A stretch of 64,000 nt of DNA from Octopus vulgaris. Lineage: Eukaryota. Location: positions 744,001-808,000 of the forward strand of contig OX597824.1 in assembly GCA_951406725.2 (NCBI GenBank), in the 5' to 3' direction. The translations under genes and the position numbers were made by a program. Below, piece by piece: positions 52,601-64,000 of this stretch (within the stretch, counting starts at the first letter, position 1; every line of letters starts with the position of its first letter). Under the pieces are notes generated by a model, which had not been told where the DNA came from, ran no database searches, and saw nothing but the letters and a program-made list of their open reading frames with translations.

Positions 52601-54021
52601 CTGTTCTAGTGGCAAAGAAATGTCACACAAAATTATAGCAATCACACATAAAGAATAACAGTTTCTATGGTAGTATTCAATTAACTCATGTCCTAAATTT
52701 TTCCAGCAAGAAAAGGGGCCATACTATCACTTATTTTAACAAACACCTCTCTCTTATTGTCAAAATCACTATAGCAGTAAAGAACTGTGAAAAAGAACGG
52801 GAAATATATTTTATTAAAGTAAAATAAGATATCGTTACAAAGCACTGCAAAGAATCTCATTTCATCTTTCCGCAACTAAAAAAAGAGAAAAGCTGCAGAT
52901 TTTTTAAGCTATAAAAGGAAATGGAAACAAAACAATTTTAATGATTTTCTAACTGAAATAAAACAATCCGTACACGAAATAGTTACAACATTTCCAATGT
53001 ATGTGTTAGAAGGAATTTCATTATCGTTTCGATATACACAACACCGCATTTGGATAACTTAAATGAGCTGTCTGAAATGTTCAAAACATGGAGGCATTTT
53101 AGCGAATTTCTCTTTGGTGTTTTAATGGAACAATGAAATCCGATTTAATGTATAATACTGTTGTTGAACTCTCCAATAACCTTTGTGCAGTTCGGACTTT
53201 CACATTTAAACGTCTGTATTTCTCCTCTTAATACCTAAACACTGTACACCCCAATAAAAATCAACATTTTTACACCATATATAATAATGATTAACTCATT
53301 TCAACTCTAAGGTTTCTTTGTGTGTGCGTGCGTAAATGTGCATGTGTAAATGCATAGGTGCACTTCTCTTCTACCCGACACCTCCTCGATTGACATATTA
53401 CATAGAGCATAGCCAGACACATATTCTTTTCTACTCTGCGCCCGAGATATTTGGGGAGGAAGCCAGTCGATTAGATCGAACACAGTACACAGCTGGTACT
53501 AAATTTATCGACCCCGAAAGGACGAAAGACAAAGTCGACCTCGGCGGAATTTGAGCTGAAAGCATAAAAGACAGACGAAATACTTACAGCCATACACACA
53601 TTGACAACGCACTGTAACAAAGAATACTTCATTAAAAATGTATGTCATCCATTTGTCCCATTGTTCTTCTAACTCAGGTACTCTTGGCTTATTCTGTTAC
53701 TCGTTTCAATCATTGGAATGCAGCCATACTGGAGCATCGTCTTGTAGGGTCAACCGAAGAAACCGACCTCAGTATTTGTTAAGTCTGGTACTTATTATAT
53801 TGGTCTCCTTTGCCGAATCGCTAAAGTTACAAGGGCTTAAACAAACTAATAACTGTTGTGAAGCGTTGTAAGGACAAGCAAAAACCATGAACACACATAC
53901 ACATCATATACATACATACATACATATGTGCATACATACATACATACGTACATACATACATACATACATACATACATACAAACATACATACATATGTGCA
54001 TACATACATATATGCATGCAT

Positions 54022-54133
<112 letters not shown>

Positions 54134-54384
54134 GAAGTGGTATCAAAAAGTTCTCGGACAATGTCTGCAAGACGCACAGTTTAGGAGCGCACCAACACTG
54201 ATAAAGTACTACATTAATATCTAAAACCGCAAGTATTATACTCTAATATTACACTACATTACACCCCTACACACCCACATCATTTGTATATATTATATAT
54301 ATACAATATTTTATATATGTATATGTTTGTGTATATATGTATATGTGTGTGCATATATGTATGTGTGTGTATATATATATATGC

Positions 54385-54436
<52 letters not shown>

Positions 54437-54504
54437 GTGTGTGTATGTGTATATACACACACACGCATATATATATGTGTATGTATATATATATATATAT
54501 ATAT

Positions 54505-55078
54505 ATTAAAAATGAGGGTGTCTAAGAGACACCAACATGCCGAAATAGCAGTCGAAACTCTGACTATAAAAACCACGTTAAGTGTTCGTATCGCACCATG
54601 AGATAAGACAGAGGGACAAAATATACAAGCAAAAATTATTGAATAATTCAAGATCCAGGATTTCTGGTTTTGCTTTAAATAAGCTTTACCGTCATCGGTT
54701 GAATATATCAAGAGTACATAAATACAGATAAATATATGCAGAACAAACGATATACTTACATATACGAACGTCCATACATAAATACATATGCACGTATGCA
54801 CGCGGCCAGTTAAATTACCCGCCGAATCATCCCATAAGTACGATACGGTTAAAATAAACACCGCAGTGAATATAATAACGAATTATATAAATTTATATAT
54901 GTCCCTCTGTCTTATCTCATGGTGCGATACGAACACTTAACGTGGTTTTTATAGTCAGAGTTTCGACTGCTATTTCGGCATGTTGGTGTCTCTTAGACAC
55001 CCTCATTTTTAATTGTTAAAAATTATTACCTTTGTACGGTATTTTTCCCATGCTGGCCACTTAATAATATGGATACTT
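54505..55078. mobile_element. Fold-back mini-element in (TA)n with 114-bp perfect inverted arms
   Basis: 54505-54618 is the reverse complement of 54900-55013, with a 281-bp spacer and a unique tail to about 55078. Confidence 0.8.
54646..54704 (-). ncRNA. Minimal type I hammerhead ribozyme candidate
   Basis: Minus strand: stem I ATTCAA/TTGAAT; core CCGATGA; stem II GGT/ACC; GAAA; stem III ATCC-T-GGAT; AUC triplet. Confidence 0.65.
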
Positions 55079-55097
55079 AAATATCGATATTATCCTC

Positions 55098-55140
<43 letters not shown>

Positions 55141-56046
55141 TGTGTATATATATATATGCAATATATATAGATATGTGTGCGTGTGTAGAATTTTCTCCAA
55201 ATAATCACATTCTTCCGATTCTAGACCGTATTTTCTTCTGGTAGCGGCTATATTCTTGTGACGCGAAGATTTTTGATGCCAGTCCTTAAGTGCACCATAT
55301 AATTCGTTTTCTTCTTACTGGATCGATTCTCCGCCAGAGTTTTTCTTATTGGAATTATATCTCCTAATATCATTTGTATTAAATCATTGATTTGGTGTAG
55401 CGATTAGACAGCTCTCCGATTTCTTACTTCGATCTCCTCTGTAAAATTAATAACCAGATTCACTTCTTGTAAGTTCTACTTACGTTGTCTTTCCAAATTG
55501 TTTATATAGTCGTACCCTTTCTATTATTTCCATTAATTCCAAATCTTAACAACATTCATTTCATGCGCTACTCTTTTATTCTTTTATTCTTTTATTCTTA
55601 TTCTTTTCAATTAACGATTCCTTCATTAAATATATCAAACACACTGGTTAACCGAATGAAAACGATTGCAATCGTGTAAGATTCGCTTTGACAGCGTCCA
55701 CACTTTTGGTTTTTAATGCTTTAACCTCCGAAGTTTCCTTTTCTTGCCTTGGTATCAATTCTTGGGTTCTGAAGGTGTTTATAATCCTCCCCTAAGTGAT
55801 TAATGAAAGTTTTATTCCCTTAGTGATACTACAGTTTACCAAGTACATATTAAATGACATTTTCAGTTTCATATTTTCTCGAACGCATGCGCATAGCTTT
55901 ATGGTAAATATTGAAAGTGTTTACAGAGCACATCAACCGTTTTCACGTGACTAAAAAGTGACCGATGCAAAACGAATAGTACGAAGTGTGTGGGTGTGTG
56001 TGTGTGTGTTGTGTACACATACACATATATGTACGTACATCTAAGA

Positions 56047-56112
<66 letters not shown>

Positions 56113-56115
<3 letters not shown>

Positions 56116-56391
56116 AGGCGCAATGGCCTAGTGGTTAGGGCAGCGGACTCGCGGTCGTAGGATCGCGGTTTCGATTCCCAGACCGGGCGTTGTGAGTGTT
56201 TATTGAGCGAAAAGACCTAAAGCTCCACGAGGCTCCGGCAGGGGGTGATGATCCATGCTGTACTTGGCCTGCTACGTGATAATGGTGATATATATATATA
56301 TGCCAAGTGTTATTTTTAAATGGCGGTGCCCCAGCATGGCCACAGCTCATTAGCTGAAACTGGAAAAATCAAAAAAAAAAAAAATCAAATC

Positions 56392-56430
<39 letters not shown>

Positions 56431-56595
56431 CACAGCAATGCCTGTGTGATAAGTAGCTTGCTTACCAACCAGGTGGCTCTGGGTTCAGTGTCAGTGCGTG
56501 GCACTTAGGGCAAATGTCTTCTACTATGGCCTCGGGCCGACCAAAGCCTTGTGAGTGGATTTGGTAGACGGAGACTGAAAGGATTCCGTTGCGTA
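56113..56595 (+). mobile_element. SINE with well-preserved tRNA head (56113-56365) followed by a family B SINE head (56428-56595)
   Basis: Box A TGGCCTAGTGG and box B GGTTTCGATTCC, continuing into SINE body and the shared GGCGGTGCCCCAGCATGGCC tail. Confidence 0.8.
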
Positions 56596-56614
56596 TATAT
56601 ATATATATATATAT

Positions 56615-57147
56615 AATTACAAATTTGGGATTTTACCAATAGGACCACAACTTCAATTTCAGGACAATCTCATTTTCTGGAATACACATAGAAAATTATA
56701 GCCAAAATACTTATCTAATAATGTAAGCATTTTAAAGCCGACTATAACGTACAATAAAATAAAGCACAATAGAATTAGTTTAAAATTATTTAAACACATT
56801 AAAAAAAAAAAATATATATACCTTACTTGTTATTAATCTGTGGGGAAAGAAGATAATATTAATCAACGCTACACGTGTTTTAGCGCTGGTGGTTTGTCTT
56901 ACCAGGCTATACCTAATACACAAATCGACCACTGCGTCCTCAGGCTATTTTTCTTCTTCTTATTATTAACAGATCCAGCTTAATCCTACAAATTCTAAGA
57001 TATCTTCTTAAAAAATTAGAATATATATATATATATAAAACTTCCTAATATATTTTTACAAAATTTCAAAAATTTCAAAAATTTACAAAATTATAAAATT
57101 TAAAAAATTAATAAAAATTTTATAAAATTAAACACAAAAATACAATA

Positions 57148-57150
<3 letters not shown>
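56615..57150 (-). mobile_element. (TA)n-flanked pLTR-like segment with degenerate hammerhead (56867-56947)
   Basis: Minus strand: GC CTGAGGA CGCAGTGGT...ACCACCAGCG CTAAAAC ACGT GTA GC. Palindromic stem III ACACGTGT; GAAA mutated. Confidence 0.5.
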
Positions 57151-57202
<52 letters not shown>

Positions 57203-58173
57203 CTAAACATAAAGAAACCCTCATCGACTATTTATAAACTCGTCAAATTAAACCGCCTATCTATATAAATTTCACGGGAATTAATAATTTATTGTGAAAT
57301 TTACCCCTATCAATACTAGTATATATTATCATTATTACGTCAAACGTAAGTTAATAATATTTAAAAAGTTTAAAAAAACCCTCTATATATGTTATATATT
57401 TGTTAAATAAAACTAGTAAATGAAACTATTTACCACAAATAATAAAGGAAGAATACTTATCTGCATGTTTACCCATTCTTTAACCTGTGCAAATGGCTGC
57501 ACTTTCTGTCTCGCGCTAAGTATTATGAGAATATAATACACTACTCTAAAAATATTCTTTAAGAGTTAGCAGTGACCTTCCCGAGGCAACATGAATGTTG
57601 CTTACATATACTGAGGATAAATACTGTTCTTCCATGCGTTATGAAAACAGACAGAATATTCCAGGTTTTCTTCCCATTCCTGTGGTCTGTTTTTTTTTTC
57701 GTTATACTGATTCACAATTTGTGTCAGTGAAAATAATAATGAATTCCCCAGAGTTTGTTGTTTTGTACTAATAACGGGAGTCAATTTAATCAACTTTCCC
57801 CTTCCCTTTAAATTGCTGGCCTTGTGCCTAAGCATCGGGCAACGTGCCTTGCAGCATAGATCTGACCCATTTCGTTCTGAGTTCAATCTCGCTGAGGTTA
57901 GCTTTACCTTTCATCCCTATGGGATCGATAAAATAAGGTACCAGTAATAAGGAGGGGGTTGAAATAAAAGCGGGGCGGGGAGAGAATCTTACAAATTAAT
58001 AAGTGGTGGGGGTATGTTAAAAATGAATAAGCGGGGGTGGTGGAAAAAATCTGAAAAAGTAATAAGCGGTGCAGGACGATTATTCAAGATCCCAGAGAAT
58101 ATATATATGCATATATATACATGTGTATTGATATACACATATGTATACGCATATATATATACATGTGTATACA

Positions 58174-58245
<72 letters not shown>

Positions 58246-58267
58246 TATATACATATATATATATATG

Positions 58268-58964
58268 CTAGACTACCTGTGACCGGTTGGGTCACCGGGG
58301 AAGTCTGAGTTTCCCAGCAACGGAGTTTTGTTTGGTGGGGTTTTTCTTTTCCACGTTATTTCGCATGCTTTCAACGAATGTGACATCGAGATCCCGCGTA
58401 AACGACACCCTTCCCCCGAAGAGGAAAGATTTGTCTGTTATTGCTTGCATGCCCTGCTACCACGTAACAGGTATTTCGGGTCCTTTATCGCAAATAGCTG
58501 TTATGTGGTGGCAGGGCGTGTTAGAAATAGCAGCCAACTCATTGGAGATGTGATACGTTGAATGCACTCGAAAGAAACTTATGGAAAAAAAAACCCTGTT
58601 TCACACCGAGGTTACAAACAGGTCTTTTACGAAATATTTACCTTATATTTAAAGTTATTTTCACTTAAAAGATATTTTCCCCATCATAATGTGTCTAATG
58701 GAAAGGTTAGAGTTTCTTCCCTTTCAGGGTTCTGTTATTTTCAGAGTATTTCCCCATTATGCACCGTTTTGGATATTTATACCCCCAGACCCAGAATATC
58801 TCAATAACTACTGGCCCGATTTACATGAACCTTGTTTTATACCGCTCGTATTCACATTTCAGGGGCTCTTTACTTTCAAAGTATTTTCCCATTATGCGCC
58901 AGTTTGACTGTGTAACATTGCAGGCAAGCAAGCAAGATTGAACTTCACTTTTAATGTATTATAA
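58268..58964 (-). mobile_element. Non-autonomous Helitron
   Basis: Minus-strand 3' end has a hairpin GTGACC-CAACC-GGTCAC followed by AGGTAGTCTAG. The 5' end is TTTATAATACATTAAAAG plus (GCTT)n. Embedded in TA/CA repeats. Confidence 0.7.
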
Positions 58965-59513
58965 ATACACACACACACAAAAATACACACACACACGTAT
59001 GTATATACACACTCACAAACATATGTACACACACACACAAACACACACACACACTCACACTCATATATATATACATACAGACAACCATCCCTGTTTATAT
59101 AAATCTGCATATAAATTTATAGCTGGATCTACTTTCCTATGCGTAAGTGTTCGTGTGTATGTGTGTATGTGTGTGCATGTGTTGTGCATGTGTGTGTGTG
59201 TACATGTGTGAAAGAGTGTATGTGGTACATGTATTTTATGGCACGTAATTGTAAAATCATTAAACATGTCGGCATGTTTTCTATACGATCGCTTTAATGC
59301 TCTTTTTCCCGTGTTTCCATAACAATATAATTTAAAGATGCAAAGCAATTTATACACACCTTGCTTTTATTAATGAAATTTCTGAACATTCTCGCTTCTA
59401 TCGTTTACGAAGTATAATTTAATTTGCTATGTATGTATGTATGAATGTATGTATGTGTGTTTGTATGTATGTGTGTTTGTATGTATGTGTGTGCGTGTAT
59501 GTACACCCATACA

Positions 59514-59553
<40 letters not shown>

Positions 59554-59816
59554 GATAGTTGGATAGAGATATATGTATGTGTATGCATGTGTCTTATATA
59601 CGTATGTATATTTATACATATGTCTCTCTTGATATACAAACACACACCTGTCTCGCTCTTTCTTTTTCTCTCTCTCTCTATGTGCGCGCGTGCGTGTGTG
59701 TTAAGAAGAAAAACAAGATGACAAAGAAACAAATGATTATCGTAAGAACTTCATGCGCTGGACTCAGTGGAGCGCCTGAATAATTCCTTATAGATTCATC
59801 GGAACCTCAAACATGT

Positions 59817-59872
<56 letters not shown>

Positions 59873-59968
59873 TACAGACATACACACACACATATATATA
59901 TATGTATACACACACAAATCTATCAACATAAATATATACACACGTGTTTAAAATATGTGCCTGTGTTC

Positions 59969-60069
<101 letters not shown>

Positions 60070-60313
60070 CCTATCAATGTATGTGTGTGTGTGTGTGTGT
60101 GCTTGTGTGTGTGCTTGTGTGTGCGCACTTGCTCGTGTGTAATACTGATTATAAGGCCAGACGCAAGAAGACCGAATATGATGTGACCACATTCAGTGTC
60201 CATAATTGCTCATTTACGAAAGCGTCAGATGTAATGGCCGTGTTTGACAACCATTATAAACAGGTGCCACTTGCACATTTATCGCTGATACCATTTCTAT
60301 TTCTTTGTTTGCA

Positions 60314-60347
<34 letters not shown>

Positions 60348-60377
60348 GTTGTTGTTGTTGTTGTTGTTATTATTATT

Positions 60378-60772
60378 GAGTGAGAGCAGTGTATGCCATC
60401 AAAGTGACACTGGGGTAAAATATGCGAAATCCAATATACCCATCATGACCACTCGTCTAATAAGGGTACACCAGGCAATACATCACGACCATATGTGCAC
60501 GACATGATAATCTCTTGTCAAGATAAACAACACATAACATTGCAGATGTTAGAATTTTCTTCAGGTCGAGCAAGCCCATCCTACTTTATATATCTCGGAA
60601 TAAGGGTTGTTTAAGGATGTTGAACGAAACACCCTTGTTCCAGAGGTGAATTATTCAAACCCCAAAGAATTCCTTTCCACACATGGCTATGATGGTCCCC
60701 GACTACTTATGCTCATGATCGGAGATGCACATATCATCAGCCACTAAGGGACATGCTCAACTGGTTAAGGTA
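60378..60772 (-). repeat. Repeat family D, copy 3
   Basis: Matches the two other copies and abuts (TTA)/(TTG)n. Confidence 0.8.
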
Positions 60773-60890
60773 TTGCATCAGTACTCCACATTCGAGTTAC
60801 CTCCATTTCCTGGTCTTTGTAGTTTGAAAGTCTCTGCGTTTCTTTTAGAGAAACATCTCATCTGTTGGTATTGATACATCGATTAAAAAG

Positions 60891-60947
<57 letters not shown>

Positions 60948-61699
60948 CGATTGTTACCGTGAGCCGAACTATCTTCACTTTGCATGGAGGATTTTTGATA
61001 CTTTTGTAATCAAGTGCTACTGAAGGAAAAAATATTTCTGTTTCGATAATTTTTTAACAGGTCAGAACCAGGCAGACAAAAAGTCTGTCACGTTTTAGTT
61101 GCATTATTTTTTTGCTATTTTTTTATATTCAACTCAAAATGATTTCTCGTCAGGTAAAAAAAAAAACACAACTACAAAATAAAAAAGAAAAAATCAAACA
61201 AAGAAATATGAAAACAACTTTCGCTGCAGTATTCACACGCACGAAAAAATAATGTTTGTTCTCACAGTTAAAAACGTTAATTCAAGCAATTTGATCGATG
61301 CTGTAATAACAATTACAGCAGTTACGACAACAAGAACGGTAACAACAATCACCAGAACTACATCAACAACAGTTACCAGAACTACATCAACAATACAACA
61401 ACATCCACATGAAACGAATAAAACAAACACATTTGAACGAGTAAAAATGTTAGTTTGAGCGACGCACCGTGTACTGTGAGTAATTCTTTCACGAGCGTTG
61501 CTAGCCGTAGTCATGCGCTGGACATAAAAGATGTAGCGGAGACAAGATCGACGTAGTAGAGATAAGTGATAAAGAAAAAGAGCGCCACCTCACCTGAACC
61601 CTTTAAGAGTTAACACAGAGAATGACACGTATCTCTGTATCTCTTAAAAAAAAGGTTTTCTGATGTATTTGCACCATAATTGGAGGAATCACGAGTGAG

Positions 61700-62400
61700 T
61701 GAGGGGAAAGATTTCGCCTTTGTTGGGTTTTCTAGAGATTATGAAGCCGTGTGCCTTGTTTTAAAAACTGAGATGAGTCGGAGAGACAACCAGGTCGAAC
61801 TGGTGCGTTGTAGCATAAGATGAAGGTTACACGAAGGACATTGGCAATAAGAGTGACCAATGGTTTATCGTCACCATTGTGGCACAGAATGGGCAGAGGG
61901 TAAGCTGCGAAGTGTCTTGAAATGAAACCTGACCGGATGGAGTCTGCATGGACATGAAAAGTTCTAATGATATGTGGTCAGGTGGAGCCGCCATGATATG
62001 GAAGCTGAAATGACCATCGTGGGCCACGAAGCTATTCTGGAGCTGTGATTTGTTGTGGAGTCGAAAATAAAATAGTCGAACTGATGACGTTGCCGAGAAA
62101 GCGCATCTGCTAGAGGTGTGGGATTAAGGGCCAGATCAGCCCTTTCTACTGAGAAGAAATTACGAATCAGAAAAGGAGAGAACAATAAGGAACACTAAGA
62201 AAACAACAGGCCAAAGGAGCTGGTATTTTCAAAGTGCCACCGATTGAGGCTTAGGAAATAGCAGAAAAGAGCGCCCCCACCATTGGTCTGGGAAGCCGAA
62301 AATCAGCAGCCTCCATCCCCCAGCCATAATCAGCAGTTATAATCCATAATTTTACGACGGTTACGAAGTGATGGTCAAGGAAGAGAGGTGGCAGATTATA
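61700..62400 (-). pseudogene. Possible L1/Tx1-type ORF2 C-terminal relic
   Basis: CPFCATMVTINHWSLLLP resembles the CxxC...ETxxHxxxxC zinc knuckle, with an upstream GGWRL (cf. GGLGL). Confidence 0.4.
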
Positions 62401-62728
62401 GAAGGAAAGAATAAAAGAATAAAAGAATAAAACAGAATTCTCTTAAAGAAAAGTGCATCACACGAGAAGGTGAGTAGAATGGAGGATAGAAATTTGAGGG
62501 TTGTAATTGCTTGAAAGACAAGTGTTGTCCTCAAGGGGTTTATGGGAGGGATAAAGTTAATTTCATGAATTAAGACGGCGTTCTAATTGAAGAGACGGAT
62601 ATAGAACCGAATGAGTTTGGTAACCACTCAGACGATTGAGAGGGGTGAGAGAGATGGGAAGAGAGTGAGACAGAGAGAGAAAATGAGAGGGAGAGAGCGA
62701 GGGGTGAGAGAGATGGGGAGAGAGAGAA

Positions 62729-62759
<31 letters not shown>

Positions 62760-63508
62760 AAGACAGAGAGAGAGAAAGAAAGAAAGAGAATGAGAGAGAG
62801 AGAAAGAGAGAGTAAGTAAAACTGCACGAGCGAGATCGATAGTAAAAAAAACATTAAATCAGGAAGTTGAGCCAAATTAGGAATTCTATCCTGAAAATGA
62901 AAGAAAAGAATGCAGGGAGCTTCTTAGAAGGCGAAGAGAGAATCGCTTTCTTTTAAATTCCTTATACTTCGGGTGTATCTCGGCATTCTTTCTTCACTTC
63001 TATACTTATCTCACAATACTTCGAGCAAGCTAAACACTCTTCTATTGTTGAATGTATCCAGTTCTGTTCTTTATTTGTTTCGATATTGTAGAAAGTAAAA
63101 GAAAGGGATGAGGTTACCAAGTACAGTCGTACTTTCTAGAATCGCAATCAATACAGGACAGAGAGAAAAAAACCCACAAAAACATTCATGTAACTCGATA
63201 TAAAAGTTTCATATAAGAACCCCAAGGATTCTTAATAATTTTTCATTATTATTACGTCTAATTATTTTGACAGAATGATGCGGAAAATGTACAAAAGAAA
63301 AAAAAAAATGAATAGTAAAAGAATTTTTAGTTGTAAAGTAGAAAAAGGAACACAGGTATAATGAGTTCGTAGAATATTTCTTGAACGAAGTGCGAAGATA
63401 AAAATATAAACATGCAATAGAAAATGTTGATGGGGAAAAAGTTAATCAGGGCTTTCTTCTTTATATATTAATATTACACATGCGCACTATACAGTCTCTC
63501 TCTCCCTG

Positions 63509-63572
<64 letters not shown>

Positions 63573-63892
63573 TATATGCATACATATACATGCATACATA
63601 TATACACAGAAAGACACACGCATACATACACATATATAAACCCATTTCATTGTACTTCGGGAGGTTCTTATTGAACAAGCAAAACAAAACAACATATGTA
63701 CGGGTTGTAGCTCACTTCAGTTTTAGGAATGCTCTTAACTAATTTGTCAGCCATGTTTTTTTTCATTACACGTGACCTTTTAATAATGAGACTTGGCAGT
63801 GTAACGCTATCTAAGTACATAAATATCGTTTTTAGTACACGGTTTCAAAACTAAAAAAAAATCCTTGCATAACATATTCTGAAACGATATAT

Positions 63893-63969
<77 letters not shown>

Positions 63970-64000
63970 TATATTCTACACATATACATATATATGTATG

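Noticed and set aside
51520-53130. Endogenous viral element
   Set aside because: The recognisable motifs fit a decayed Penelope-like RT better, and I see no viral hallmark.
56113-56190. tRNA gene
   Set aside because: A and B boxes are present, but there is no proper acceptor stem or terminator and it continues into a SINE body.

Overview
AT-rich, microsatellite-dense eukaryotic non-coding DNA. The SINE families and (TA)n/(TATC)n/(TAA)n content point to a coleoid cephalopod, most likely Octopus (inference, no database search run). I find no intact host gene, rRNA, true tRNA or CRISPR array, and almost all listed ORFs are microsatellite translations. The window is a mosaic of mobile-element relics: Penelope-like retroelements (RT and GIY-YIG fragments), many 3' ends of R4/Dong-like restriction-endonuclease LINEs in (TAA)n, an RTE 3' end with C2H2 fingers, mariner/maT, hAT, Sola2-like, Helitron and Helentron-type relics, a Gypsy integrase fragment, and at least three tRNA-derived SINE families. 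The most notable signal is a set of short, mutually dissimilar, (TA)n-flanked elements. Several have an 'inverted arm / arm + tail' fold-back layout and carry minimal type I hammerhead ribozyme motifs, three with a CCGANGA core instead of CUGANGA. These are probably Penelope pLTR-derived, retrozyme-like mini-elements. Boundaries were read by eye and are approximate.
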